A stretch of DNA of 64,000 bases. Source: Flectonema sp. DT1601. Lineage: Eukaryota. Positions 22,714 to 33,811 of this stretch are shown piece after piece; the stretch's first letter is position 1; each line of letters starts with the position of its first letter. The DNA lies in the NCBI GenBank assembly GCA_964019425.1, contig OZ025792.1:1-64000 (forward strand). The letters run 5' to 3'. The notes beneath the pieces are model-generated. The model did not search any database, was not told where the DNA came from, and was given only the letters and a program-made list of their open reading frames with translations. The position numbers and the translations under genes are program-made.

Positions 22714-25494
22714 CTAGACGTACAGGCACTGCGGGTAAGGAAGAAGAGACAGCTTAGATTCGTCGTTACTCCTACTTTCAATTGCCTCCTCCGGCTGTTT
22801 GGTTTTTGTTTTGTAAATAATCAAACAAAACTGAAAAAACAAATAAAAGAAATACACACCTCCTTATAATCGTTGTAAACATTGCTCGGGTAGGTTTCTG
22901 TCTCGTAGTCAGACACTTCGTACAATGAAACCTGTTATTGTGTTGTAGTCGGCGGATCGAACTTAGTAAAGCTACTATTTAATAATAAAAAAACATACGA
23001 TTGGTTCATCTACGGTATAATAAACAGAAAGTGGATACTGCGGTTCAGAGTCATCGAGAGTGATGTACGGGTGTCGTCCGCTTGTTCCTGCTGGTGGGTC
23101 CCAAATAGCAACACCACCGACAGTACGAAGAGCTTTCTTCAGCGAGCTGATACCTTCAGTTCTCCACGCACTAAGACCGTCGCCAGTCATCTTCCTCAAA
23201 TAGTGTTCGAGTTGACCCGGCTGCAGTCCCTTCTGACCCTCTTTGGATCCCAAAATCCTCAAAATGGCATCACGTTGGACAGCAGAAAACCCGTCGAAGC
23301 GTTTTTTACCCTTCTTTTTATCCTGCTTCTTCTTCTTTTCACCCTTCTTCTTGTCGTTACGCTTTGAGGTGTCGATTATGATGGTTAATGATGATTTATA
23401 TCCGCGTGGTTTACTTCCCTTCAGTTCCTTAATAGCGCGTTCCGCGTTGCGGCGATCCATCATTGCATATCCAGAACGAGGTTCGTCTGTTTTTGAAATC
23501 TGAACGTCCGATACGGTTCCGAACTTTGAGAGGAGACTTCTGACATCCATCCATCCCCACTTTGGAGGTACAGAGAGCTTTACTCGAACTTGGTTCTCTC
23601 TGCTAAACTTTCCTCCTCCCTTACCCTTTCCACCACCTCCACCTCCTCCCGCACATCCAACCCAGCCGCCTCCGGCACCTCCACGGTTTTCTACAACTCC
23701 CTTTTTGCCTCCCTTTGGACCTTTGTACCCCTTGTCTCCTTTGAAATCTCCTTTGAAATCTCCCTTGAAATCACCCTTTCCCTTTCTTCCATCGAAGAAT
23801 CGGTCGAAGCTTTTGCCGCCCTTTCCTCCCTTGAAATCTCCTTTGAAACCGTCTTTTCCTCCTCTGAAGTCTCCCTTCTTTCCTCCAAACTTACCTCCTC
23901 CCTTGTCACCTTTAAAGTCTCCTTTCTTGCCACCTCCGAATGAAGGGTAGTCAAAGAAGTCATCGCGACCTCCTCCACGGAATCCCTTTCCTCCGAAGCC
24001 ACCGTAGCGTGGAAGGTCATCGTCTTTTCCACCTTTTCCCTTTCCTTTGCCTGTTCCTTTCTTATTTGGGAGGTCAAAGAATTCATTGCGACCTAGTGAG
24101 TGACCAGGTCCTTCCTCCAAGTTAGCACCCTTACGTCCTTTGCCCTTTCCTCCATCAGACATCGGCTTGGATTCCATTTTGTCTGATCCAGGTGCTCTTG
24201 CCGGAATTATTTCCTTCTCTTCTTGAGGACCTTTAGAATCAGGTCTCTGATGAGTTGCTGGTATCACATTAAAGTCTGATCGAGGTTTCATTCCTCCCAT
24301 GTTTCCACCCTGCTGGTCTTGCTGCATCATTCCCTTTCCTCCTTTACCAACTCCCAGACCTCCTCCACCTGATTGCCAGCGTGGTTTACCAGTTCCCTTA
24401 CCAACTCCGACACCCACACCGACGCCGCCAACACCAACACCAACACCTGGTCTGTCGCTTCTCATACCACCTAACACATGATCAGCTGACGAGTATGGTT
24501 GTGGAGCACCAGGTTGAGTTGGCTGCTGCTGTCCCTGAAAAAACGGCTGATTGGATCGCTGTTGTCCAGGTCCTGGTCTTCCTGACATACTGGGTTGTCC
24601 ACCAACAGGCGCTTCTTTTCCAGCATTTTGAATTTGACCCTGCGGATGTTGACCGAATTGCTGTGCAGCAGGTGGAATAATGCGACGCTGCTGTTGCTGC
24701 ATCATTCCGCTTCCCTGGTGGCTTCCCATTCCGTCCAACATATTTGATTGAGGAAGATGACTTCCTCCGTGGCTTCCTCCCATACTTATGCCATGCTGTC
24801 TGCGACCGCCTGAAGGATCTTTCCAAATATCGTGAGGAGGAGGCTGGTGTGGCTGTTGTGAAATGCCGCTACCAATAGTGCCAGCACCACCAACTTGACC
24901 TCCTTCACTCTGACGGTAGCCAACAAATTGACTGTTTGGAAGCTGCTTTGGGGGTTGCGATACCTGCTGTGGGGCGGACATTGGCATGCTGCTAGGTTGA
25001 CCATGACCTGGACCAATTGGTTGCCCAGGTGCACCAGATCCTCCACCACGGGTTGGAGGAGTGATAACAGGTTCGTTAGTCCAGCGATGAGCAGAATGCG
25101 CAGAGTGAGCTGAAGAATAAGCATCCGCTGGAGCATATTGGTGTGCGTGTGACTGCTGGTGAGTTTGTTGCTGGTGTGGTTGATGAGGAGGTTGATGATA
25201 TCCGGATTGATGAGAAGGTGGTGGTGCATATGAAGGATTCTGATGCTGTGGTGGCGCCATGCCAGCTGGTGGCTGTCTTGCCTGTTGTGGAGGGTACGAC
25301 GAATATGAAGCTCCTCCCTGCCCTCCATTACTTCCATACATTGGAGCATCCCAAGAGTACGAAGAATTACCAGTACTTCCTGCCCCTGGTTCCCATGAGT
25401 AAGCACCAGATGCATCAACTTCTACTGGTTTCCATGCGTCATTTCCGTGACCTCCCCACAACCCTTTTACTATCCCATCATTTCCATCCGTCAT
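22714..25494 (-). CDS. Low-complexity (Q/P/H/G, then GK/KGDF) RNA-binding protein with an RRM and a LOTUS/OST-HTH-like domain; 3 coding exons, ~882 aa
   Basis: RRM-like VRVKLSVPPKWGWMDVRSLLSKFGTVSDV...SGYAMM...AERAIKELKG. GT-AG introns at 22932-22998 and 22795-22859 join in frame (..DEPI|VSLYE..YKE|PEEAI..CLYV*). Confidence 0.8.
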
Positions 25495-25626
25495 ATAAAT
25501 ATCTTTTAATTCCCTGGTTTTCTATCACTTGCTTCTATCTCGTTTCGATTAAACGGCCGATACTTCCCCCCGACCTGATGGAAGAAATTAATAAAAAGGT
25601 TTAAATAAATACAAACAGTCTTACAG

Positions 25627-25810
25627 GCTTCTCTCGTTACGTTAATTTCCGTTCGGTACAATTCAGCGCCGCAGCATTTTGCGGAACTTCATTTTGAAAG
25701 GTGAGTAAAAACTGTCAGTTAGAAAAAAGAAAAAAACATTTTGAGTAAGCCCAACAGTCTTCACATTTTACCTTCCCATAAAAAATAAAACAACTGCAAG
25801 AAGGATACGC
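25627..25810 (-). pseudogene. Frameshifted 5' fragment of a DUF4419 gene with its upstream region
   Basis: Alignable by eye to about 47523-47715 (gttcggtacaattcagcgc, cattttgaaa, tttgagtaagcc, cattttacct); encodes AELYRT.I.VTREA out of frame with its ATG at 25692. Confidence 0.8.
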
Positions 25811-26475
25811 TAATTGTAACACAGTTTAACTAGGCTTCAGCCAATAATTTTCTTCCTATTTCTGCAAGGAAAACAAGAGGAGTTCTGCAGTAAAACAGTA
25901 AAGATAACATCTAAAACATGCGGACCATAAGATATAAAAATAGAGAACCCGTACTATGACCACAATGTATTACTGTGGTGAGCATTGGAATAATAAGGAA
26001 ACTACAGGCCACCAAAAGCCTGCGAGAAGGAAGGAAATAACGAGCGTATCAAAACGGCAGGACGACCCAGCCAACACCTGAAGGAGAGTCCAGGTATCGA
26101 CGTGCGGATAGGTCAACAAAGAGATAACAAAAAGGGAGCAAAACAAACAAACTTGTCCTGAAATCAAACACCTATTCGACTCTACAAAGTGTAACAGTCT
26201 GTAGGAATTAACAAATAGGCGGGAGAAACACTTACGTTTGAATCTCGGTCAGACACATCACCGACCTGACTGTCGGTGAGTTGCAACAAGTCTGTTAAGG
26301 AATAATCTAACAGGTGTAAGGTGATGCTGAGCCAAGAAAAAAGGTGAAAAACTGAAAATAAACAAAAAAAAAAGTAAAAAAGCGTACGATTGAACGACAA
26401 GCAACATAACACTCAAAATATTAACACAATTCATAAACAGTCTCAGTCGGTCTCAACAAATTGATGTTCTTAAAT

Positions 26476-27978
26476 TTAGAACATAAATCTCAGCCCTCCC
26501 ACAGCTCCTAAAGTTGGTGTCGTGGGACAAAGGTTTTCAAAGTAGTTTCCAGAACTGGATTTCTCACACGTGTTTGTGTTTTGGATCTCCGACTTCCCTC
26601 TCCCTGCACAGTTAGGAAGCTCAAAGGAAGTCACGTTTACGTGTGTCCCGTTGTTCACGCAGCTCACCATCGCCGATCCGGATTGCGCTTGAAGGCAGCT
26701 GTTTTGCTCGAATCTGGCGACACGACAGAGCAGACTGCAGTTCTGGTTTTCACATTGACTCTGCTCAAATGATCCTACTGGAACTGGTGCTGGTCCAGGA
26801 GGAGGTGCTGAGATTCCGTACGCCAGAACAGTCGAAACCTGCTCAACAGTGACGGCAGCAGCGTACGCAGTGGTGCTGTTGATGAACGACATGCTCATCA
26901 CCTCACCAACTGCTGAGATCTTTGGAGAGATGGTGAAAGTCTTTCCTCCGTCAATGGTGTGCAGGAACTCAGCTCCGCTGTTGAAGGTTCCAGCCGAGAA
27001 TGTGGTTCCGATCCAGGCCTCAGTAGATGATAACATCTTTACATCCATAACTGATCCGTGAGTTGCAGTACCGTAAGTGTAAATTAATTTCCAGTTCTTT
27101 CCATCTTCGGTCTTGTAAACTCTAGCTCCCGGTGAGGTGGATCCATCAGTAGAGAATCCTTCACCAACAGCCATGCAGACGGTCTCAGAAGCACACGAGA
27201 TTCCGTTGAAGTAAAACTCTCCAGTGCTAGTCAGCTGCTTCTCCCAAGTCTGACCACCGTCCGATGACTTGGAGATGAGGGCAGCGTACTGCCCGGTGGT
27301 GTTCTGCAGTGTTCCACGCTCAAACTTTGAGCTCTGCCTGTTGAATCGTAATCTGCTGCTTAGGTGGACCGTTGTTGGAGGAGTGTTGTTCTGTTGAGGC
27401 CAAGTGCCACCAGTGACGTACATCACTTCGCTTGATGGGAATGCACCGTAACGAGCAGGTGCCTCAGGTGCGAACCCTTTAGGCCACCATTTTCCTTTGA
27501 AAGTGATTCCTCCGTCAACTGACACCGCAGCTCCCATATGACCGTCGTAGTCTCCGACGTACGCGTATTTCTCAGTTCCCATCGAGTACAGAGCCTGAGT
27601 AGTAACCACTCCAATCTCAAGTGACTCGTTGAAGAATCTTCCGTTGCGAGTGTAGTACGTTCCACCGATTCCTACTTCGACACCACCTGCGACACCATGA
27701 GACTTGTCACCCATCGCAATACCCAACAACATCAACGATGGTTCAGGTGATCCGATTGGTAGCTTCTCAACTGAAGAAAAATGAGCGTCAGCTGCCTTGT
27801 AGATTCCAAACCCGCTGTTGGTGTCTCCACCAACGAGGTAACAGGAGTTGTAATCTGGACACGACACACCCATCATCAACTGTAGTGGAGTACTAGTGAA
27901 TGGAGGCTGAAACAGGTCAATCCATTGGGATGCCGAGGTAGCCGAAGCAGCACCGAGCAGGGCAAGAGAGCGCAACAT
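26476..27978 (-). CDS. Secreted BNR/Asp-box beta-propeller protein (YCF48/sialidase-like fold) with a Cys-rich C-terminal domain
   Basis: Signal peptide; Asp-boxes SVDGGITF, SSDGGQTW, TEDGKNW, TIDGGKTF; Pro-rich linker followed by an 8-Cys domain. Confidence 0.85.
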   Translation of the reverse strand: MLRSLALLGAASATSASQWIDLFQPPFTSTPLQLMMGVSCPDYNSCYLVGGDTNSGFGIYKAADAHFSSVEKLPIGSPEPSLMLLGIAMGDKSHGVAGGVEVGIGGTYYTRNGRFFNESLEIGVVTTQALYSMGTEKYAYVGDYDGHMGAAVSVDGGITFKGKWWPKGFAPEAPARYGAFPSSEVMYVTGGTWPQQNNTPPTTVHLSSRLRFNRQSSKFERGTLQNTTGQYAALISKSSDGGQTWEKQLTSTGEFYFNGISCASETVCMAVGEGFSTDGSTSPGARVYKTEDGKNWKLIYTYGTATHGSVMDVKMLSSTEAWIGTTFSAGTFNSGAEFLHTIDGGKTFTISPKISAVGEVMSMSFINSTTAYAAAVTVEQVSTVLAYGISAPPPGPAPVPVGSFEQSQCENQNCSLLCRVARFEQNSCLQAQSGSAMVSCVNNGTHVNVTSFELPNCAGRGKSEIQNTNTCEKSSSGNYFENLCPTTPTLGAVGGLRFMF

Positions 27979-29195
27979 TTTATAGGTCTTTTGTTTAACT
28001 GAAAAGGGAACAACTTAAGGATGACAACTACCACGGCAGCTACTTACCTAAACCGACTACCCAACTCCCCAAACTCATGAGTAACTCAACAAACAACAAC
28101 AGAATATTAATTTATAAATAGTTTTGATCTGAATGTGATTAATTAATATTTAGGAAGTCCAACAACATAAACCACGTCAACGGAATTTATTTGGTTTGAG
28201 AGTGAGGAAGAAGAAACTAACCGAACGAGAAAGCGGGGAATCTGAATGACGGGCTCTACAACACAATTCTATTTTGTTACGGAGTATTAGTAAAAAGAAT
28301 TATCTTCTCAAAACAATAAAAGTAACTACAACACAGCTGCCACATTTATCAAGTATAACTTCCAGCATGTGAAGTTAACGTGAGCTGTTCTTTTTCAACT
28401 TAAAATCAGCAGTTCGTATAAACACAATAAAAAGAAGAGCCGATTGACGCAAAAATGAAAGCAGCACAACACAACAGAACTGAAGACGAGGAAAACTAAA
28501 AATATCTTTTACAACAATACACATTCAACACTCACTCCGGTTGACTCACAGCGCAGCATATGTAACCAGAAGGCAGGCGGTATAACTGCTGACCACAGCA
28601 AATATAAAAAGTAAACAATTTTTTATTGAAACTGAGCAACTAAATGATGCAGAAACAGAAGATCGGGTCTCCAAACTCCACCAGGGGAATCTCATAAGAT
28701 GAGACTCCCAATAGGAAAGTGGAATGGAGACTGAGCCTGTCTAAATATTTCGAAGAATTGGTTGCTTTGAAAATAAATAAAAGTACAGAAGAAGAATGAA
28801 AAATAAAATAAAAAATGGGAAAAAATCAATGACAAGAAACCTTTCGGCCGTACAGACGACATCACTAGGTCCCCAAATACTATTTCATCATCCGTAGTGA
28901 TAAATTAAACTTTTTAAAAATAAAATAAAAAAACCATTCAGATAAAAGCTTTCAAACAGTATTACATAAATAAATAATAGTTTCTTCTCCGACTAAAAAA
29001 TATTTTTAAAAAAAAAAAACTTCCAAGAAAATAGCGACAAAGACAGTCCTCAAGAGAGAGAAAAGTCTATCCACTCTTTTTGAATAATTGATTACTGTAT
29101 AAAATGATTGTTAGCAGACAAGCTGCAATGTTAACTAACTGGCACACAATACTACGACACATTCAATATCACGGATTGGTTAAGTAAGTTTATTA

Positions 29196-31205
29196 TTAAT
29201 TTGATCTTCCCGATGGTGACATCGAAGGAGAGGCGACAGACTCTGAGTCACCAATTGATAAAACAGTTAAGTTCTTACCTGGAGGATGCGGTGATAACAT
29301 TTGTGACATCCGAGACAACGGAGAGCGTTTCCCAGTCGCAGAAGACGCCGCAGACACCGACAGCAGCTCCGTACCATCTCCAACTCCTGGAACTGGCGAT
29401 GCCCCCAGAGAAAGTGAAGGTGGAGTAGCAAGAGTTCCCCCCCTGCTGCGAGGTACTCCCGAGTCGTATAATTCCGCAACCCAACTTTCATAAGTAACAC
29501 CAGACTGACAGGACTCTGAAATCGGACTGAGTACTGTCTGCTTGCTGGAGAAGTAACTCGCTCCCCATTCAGAAGTTGCCGAATAGAAGAGTCCAACAAG
29601 TTTTGGATCGCAGGCAACTTTAGAAACAGACTGAATTGATAAAAGAGCGACTCCACATGAAATGGTTCGAGAAACGATATCTGCATCGTGATCAGATGAT
29701 ATCAATCGAAAGAGTGACAACAGGATAGCAGTTGTGTGATACGCTGCTTTAGACAGCTGGCGTTTGATTGCAGTGGAAGAGTCGGAGCGAAGGCGGGAAG
29801 CAGTTTCTAAGAGGAGCTCCCTGCCTGAGTCAACGCAACCCTCCTTTTCTGATTCCTGAACGAGAGCCATCAACTCGTCATCAGCCTCCTTATCTAATAT
29901 AGAGTTCGCAGTTTGTGTGAAGAAAGATTTCCTTGTTCCATCCTCTTCAGATCCACCCAAAGGCGGTAGAACTCTCCTCCTTGAATTCAATCGAACTGCT
30001 GCGCTACATGAAAATGAATTCGTCCTACAGCCAGGGCTGATCGGTTGAGAACTCGAATTAGTTGCTGTAGTTAAAGGAATCTGAACCTTTCGGTTCTTAA
30101 CGAAACTAAACTTTTCAGTTGCACTTCCTTGCAATGCGACCAGATCTTCTTCTGTTAGAATTGGTGACTTTAATGTTGTTAAGAAAGTAACCAGAAGAGG
30201 TATTAATAAAGTTCTGTCTGCGCTTTTGACTGCAGACCAGTTATCAGAGTTAATGGCTTTTCGTAAATATTCTAATTCTGTTTGGAGTGAAGATGACATT
30301 GTTGGAGGAGAAGAGGCTGAGAGTGAGAACAGTGAATCTGTAAAAGTCGAAGGAGGTGTTCCGCTATCCACGTAGTCTAAAACAGTTGTTAGAATGACGT
30401 GACAGACTTTCGGAACATATCGAAGAGCACGAGCTTCATGTCCATGGAGATAACCAGACTGCTTATCCAACAGCTGATGAAGTGATTGACAGTTGGACGT
30501 ATTCGGAAAGAACATTCTCATCTCTTTTAAATACGAACTGAACTCGAACACAAATTGTTGTTGTTTCGCAGTTTGTATCGATCCCGGGCGTTGAAAACGA
30601 ATTCTATTTATTGTTTCCTCAGCGCTTGTTTTAGAATGATACATCATCCAACAAGCAATCATTAGACCAGTTCTCCCGAGGCCAGCATGGCAGTGGACGA
30701 GAAACTTTTCACCTTTTGAAACGTGATCACACATTAACTGAACTGTTCTTAACACGATATCATTTGATGGAGTTCCCATGTCAGGCCATGGGAAGTTGTA
30801 GCAATATATCCCATGAGGCATCAGGTCTCGTTCTGGTACATAAGAGAATCCAGACTCTGGATACAGTGTCCCTTCTGGTCCACAAAACGGATGTTCACCA
30901 GCCTCTTGAAGGTTAAATATCGCTTTTAAATTAGCAGCCTTAAACTGTCCGATCAGATCGAATTCTTCAATTAATGAAGTTGCCAACCTCTGCGATGCAA
31001 CCGCCCAATTCTCAACCCAATTGCTGTGGAGTCCTTGAAACGCAATGTGAGTGTTCCGAACATCGAGTGCTCTAGTCCAGTCCTCATGACGGCATGACTT
31101 CCCTCCACAAAACTTGCAGTGGACTTGCTGTCGGAGTTTATCAACAAGACTGCCGCCAATTGTTGCGGAGACATTTGATTGGTCGTTCAGAGACCATTGT
31201 TGCAT
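29196..31205 (-). CDS. PTPDC1: Protein tyrosine phosphatase domain-containing 1-like phosphatase
   Basis: CKFCGGKSCRHEDW, GLHSNWV, NLQEAGEHPFCG, SGFSY.PE, WPDMG, active site VHCHAGLGRTG, RPGSIQT. Confidence 0.88.
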   Translation of the reverse strand: MQQWSLNDQSNVSATIGGSLVDKLRQQVHCKFCGGKSCRHEDWTRALDVRNTHIAFQGLHSNWVENWAVASQRLATSLIEEFDLIGQFKAANLKAIFNLQEAGEHPFCGPEGTLYPESGFSYVPERDLMPHGIYCYNFPWPDMGTPSNDIVLRTVQLMCDHVSKGEKFLVHCHAGLGRTGLMIACWMMYHSKTSAEETINRIRFQRPGSIQTAKQQQFVFEFSSYLKEMRMFFPNTSNCQSLHQLLDKQSGYLHGHEARALRYVPKVCHVILTTVLDYVDSGTPPSTFTDSLFSLSASSPPTMSSSLQTELEYLRKAINSDNWSAVKSADRTLLIPLLVTFLTTLKSPILTEEDLVALQGSATEKFSFVKNRKVQIPLTTATNSSSQPISPGCRTNSFSCSAAVRLNSRRRVLPPLGGSEEDGTRKSFFTQTANSILDKEADDELMALVQESEKEGCVDSGRELLLETASRLRSDSSTAIKRQLSKAAYHTTAILLSLFRLISSDHDADIVSRTISCGVALLSIQSVSKVACDPKLVGLFYSATSEWGASYFSSKQTVLSPISESCQSGVTYESWVAELYDSGVPRSRGGTLATPPSLSLGASPVPGVGDGTELLSVSAASSATGKRSPLSRMSQMLSPHPPGKNLTVLSIGDSESVASPSMSPSGRSN

Positions 31206-32105
31206 CCCCTCCCTGTGAGAACATTAAAAAGATGAAATAATTTCAACTATCTCAAAATACCGAAACTGTTTTCGAAACTTACTCACGCCTTCTACTTTTG
31301 ACAATAGAATGCTTCAAAAGCGTTTAGCCCCAATCTGAAACAACCTGTCAGCCGTAATTGCTAAAGGTGAAATTTGGATTTGAGTTTAACAGGCGATTGT
31401 GGAAAAGTTTATTATTAAATAATAGAAAGAATTCAAAATGTTAAAAAGAGAAGTTAAAAAACAACTACTCAAGTTTTCTTCATTAGTTTTTATTTCGTCT
31501 GCGTAGAAGTACTCTTCACGAGAACTTGTAATAGCAATGAACAGATCTCACGAAGTATTCTTCGAGAGGAGACATGTCCTGCATATTAATATCTACTGTT
31601 GTGTTGTTGGTGACAACCTTTTTAATATTTAAAATAAAATAAATGAACGGGGAATACTAAGTTGGGGTGGGAACACAACAGCAAACTTCAACACACTACT
31701 CAGAGAGGTGACCGATGATGAATCTCTCAGGGAAGTTGTACAGAGTAATAGTAACACATAAAAAGAGAACTGAATAGGGATTTAACCAATCACAGGCAAT
31801 CGATTCACATCAGCTCAACGTTTTTGTTTTCTCACTAATTACACATTACATGCAAAAGGTGAGCTCGTATTTTTTGATCCTAAGCAGGAACAACGTTTTT
31901 TTTTGTTTTTTGTTTTTGTTTCCTTCCTTCTTTCACGTTCTTATATTTTCTGCTTCCATTTCAGTGTTTTATAATTCGTGTCGAGTGGTTCTAAAGACCA
32001 CCGCGTGGGGACTGATGCAGGCTATCGAAGCATCTCTCGCATTGGGTTGACTCAACAAAAGAAAGGGAGAAAACGATTCATAAATGACGATTGAAAATCA
32101 AGAAT

Positions 32106-33329
32106 TTATTTAAAGGACTGAATTCCTGTAATAGCACGTCCAAGGATCAGAGCGTGAACGTCGTAGGTACCTTCGTAAGTGATAACCGACTCGAGGTTAA
32201 GAGCGTGACGGATTACATCGTATTCGTCAACTATTCCATTCCCTCCCAACATGTCTCTTGCCTCACGTGCAATCTTAATCGCCTTACCAGTTGAGTATCT
32301 CTTTAACATTGAAATCGCTTCAACTGATAACTTCCCGTCGTCTTTCATACGTCCGGCTTGGAGGCAAGACGCTAATCCAACAGAAATATCAGTCGACATG
32401 TCTGCTAACTTATTTTGAATCAACTGGTTCGCAGCCAGCGGTCTTCCGAACTGCTGTCTGTCTAGAGTGTACTCTCTCGCTCTGTGAAAGCAGCTCTCAG
32501 CAGCACCTAGCGCACCCCATGCGATTCCGTACCTCGCACTTGAGAGACATCCAAATGGTCCAGAGAGACCCTTCACGTTAGGAAGAAGATTCTCCTTTGG
32601 GACCTTAACATCAGTCATGTGAATCATTCCTGTTGGTGACGCTCGAAGTGACATCTTTCCTTCAATCTTTGGAGTCTCTATTCCTTCCATTCCTCTCTCG
32701 AGAACGAATCCTCTAATGACGCCGTCTAACTTTGCCCACACAACCATCACGTCAGCGATTGGAGCTGAAGTGATCCACATCTTCTGACCATTCAAAAGGT
32801 AGTGACCATCCTTCTCAACAGCTCTAGTAGTCATCGAGCCAGGGTCTGATCCTGAGTTAGGTTCAGTGAGACCAAAGCATCCGACTAACTTTCCGGATGC
32901 GAGTCCAGGTAACCATCTCTCACGCTGTTCTTCATTTCCATAAGCATAGATCGGATGCATTACGAGAGATGATTGAACTGACCAGGCGGATCTGAAACTC
33001 GAATCGACCTTTTCTATTTCACGAGATATCAATCCGGCGGCAACAGAAGTAGTACCTGCACACCCATAACCATCAATGGTTGGTCCCATCAGACCGGCAT
33101 CTCCAAGTCCACCAAAAACCAACTCTCTGTCAAACTTCTCATTCCTCCACCAATCCTGAACAACAGGTCTGAGAGTGGCATCACAAAAGCTCTTCGCAGA
33201 GTCCATAACCATCACTTCCTCATCACGCAGGCTCTCGTTAATGCGGAGCGGGTCGTTCAGGTCAAACTCAGCGTATCCACCTTTACCTCTTACCTGTCTG
33301 AGTGCGTTTCTGGCAGCAGTTCTCAACAT
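32106..33329 (-). CDS. GCDH: Glutaryl-CoA dehydrogenase, mitochondrial
   Basis: Mitochondrial-type presequence [89 protein letters not shown]. Confidence 0.96.
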   Translation of the reverse strand: MLRTAARNALRQVRGKGGYAEFDLNDPLRINESLRDEEVMVMDSAKSFCDATLRPVVQDWWRNEKFDRELVFGGLGDAGLMGPTIDGYGCAGTTSVAAGLISREIEKVDSSFRSAWSVQSSLVMHPIYAYGNEEQRERWLPGLASGKLVGCFGLTEPNSGSDPGSMTTRAVEKDGHYLLNGQKMWITSAPIADVMVVWAKLDGVIRGFVLERGMEGIETPKIEGKMSLRASPTGMIHMTDVKVPKENLLPNVKGLSGPFGCLSSARYGIAWGALGAAESCFHRAREYTLDRQQFGRPLAANQLIQNKLADMSTDISVGLASCLQAGRMKDDGKLSVEAISMLKRYSTGKAIKIAREARDMLGGNGIVDEYDVIRHALNLESVITYEGTYDVHALILGRAITGIQSFK

Positions 33330-33811
33330 TTTTTTTTGGCTCTTTTACTTAGTCGAAAAATAAAATAAATAAAAGAACGAATGTCATTTATCATTTTAGT
33401 ATTTAACATCATTCGGCCGAAAGGCTCCAAAAAAAAAAAACGGAGCAAACAAAGTTTTATTACATCACTGCGATAGTGTGAAACAAATAAATATCGCAGT
33501 TGAAAAAATAAAAAAAAACAAAAAGAATTGACTTTATCCTAAACCACACAGAGAATAGCAAGCAATATCTGTGGATGTTTTGTTCGTGCACGGACTTAAA
33601 CTGATAAAGCTGGAGGAGGTTTACCATTAACATTCTTTTTCGTTCTTACAATACTTGTTAAATGCAAAAAGAAATCAGAACTGAATACTTCAGATCGATC
33701 TAAGAAAATAAACCTCAGATGAAGAAAAGGGTAGGCAAATAATTTTAATGTTTTGTTTCAGGCTGTTTATTAGAAATAAACGACCTGATAGTGAAAGATG
33801 TGAAAAGAAGT

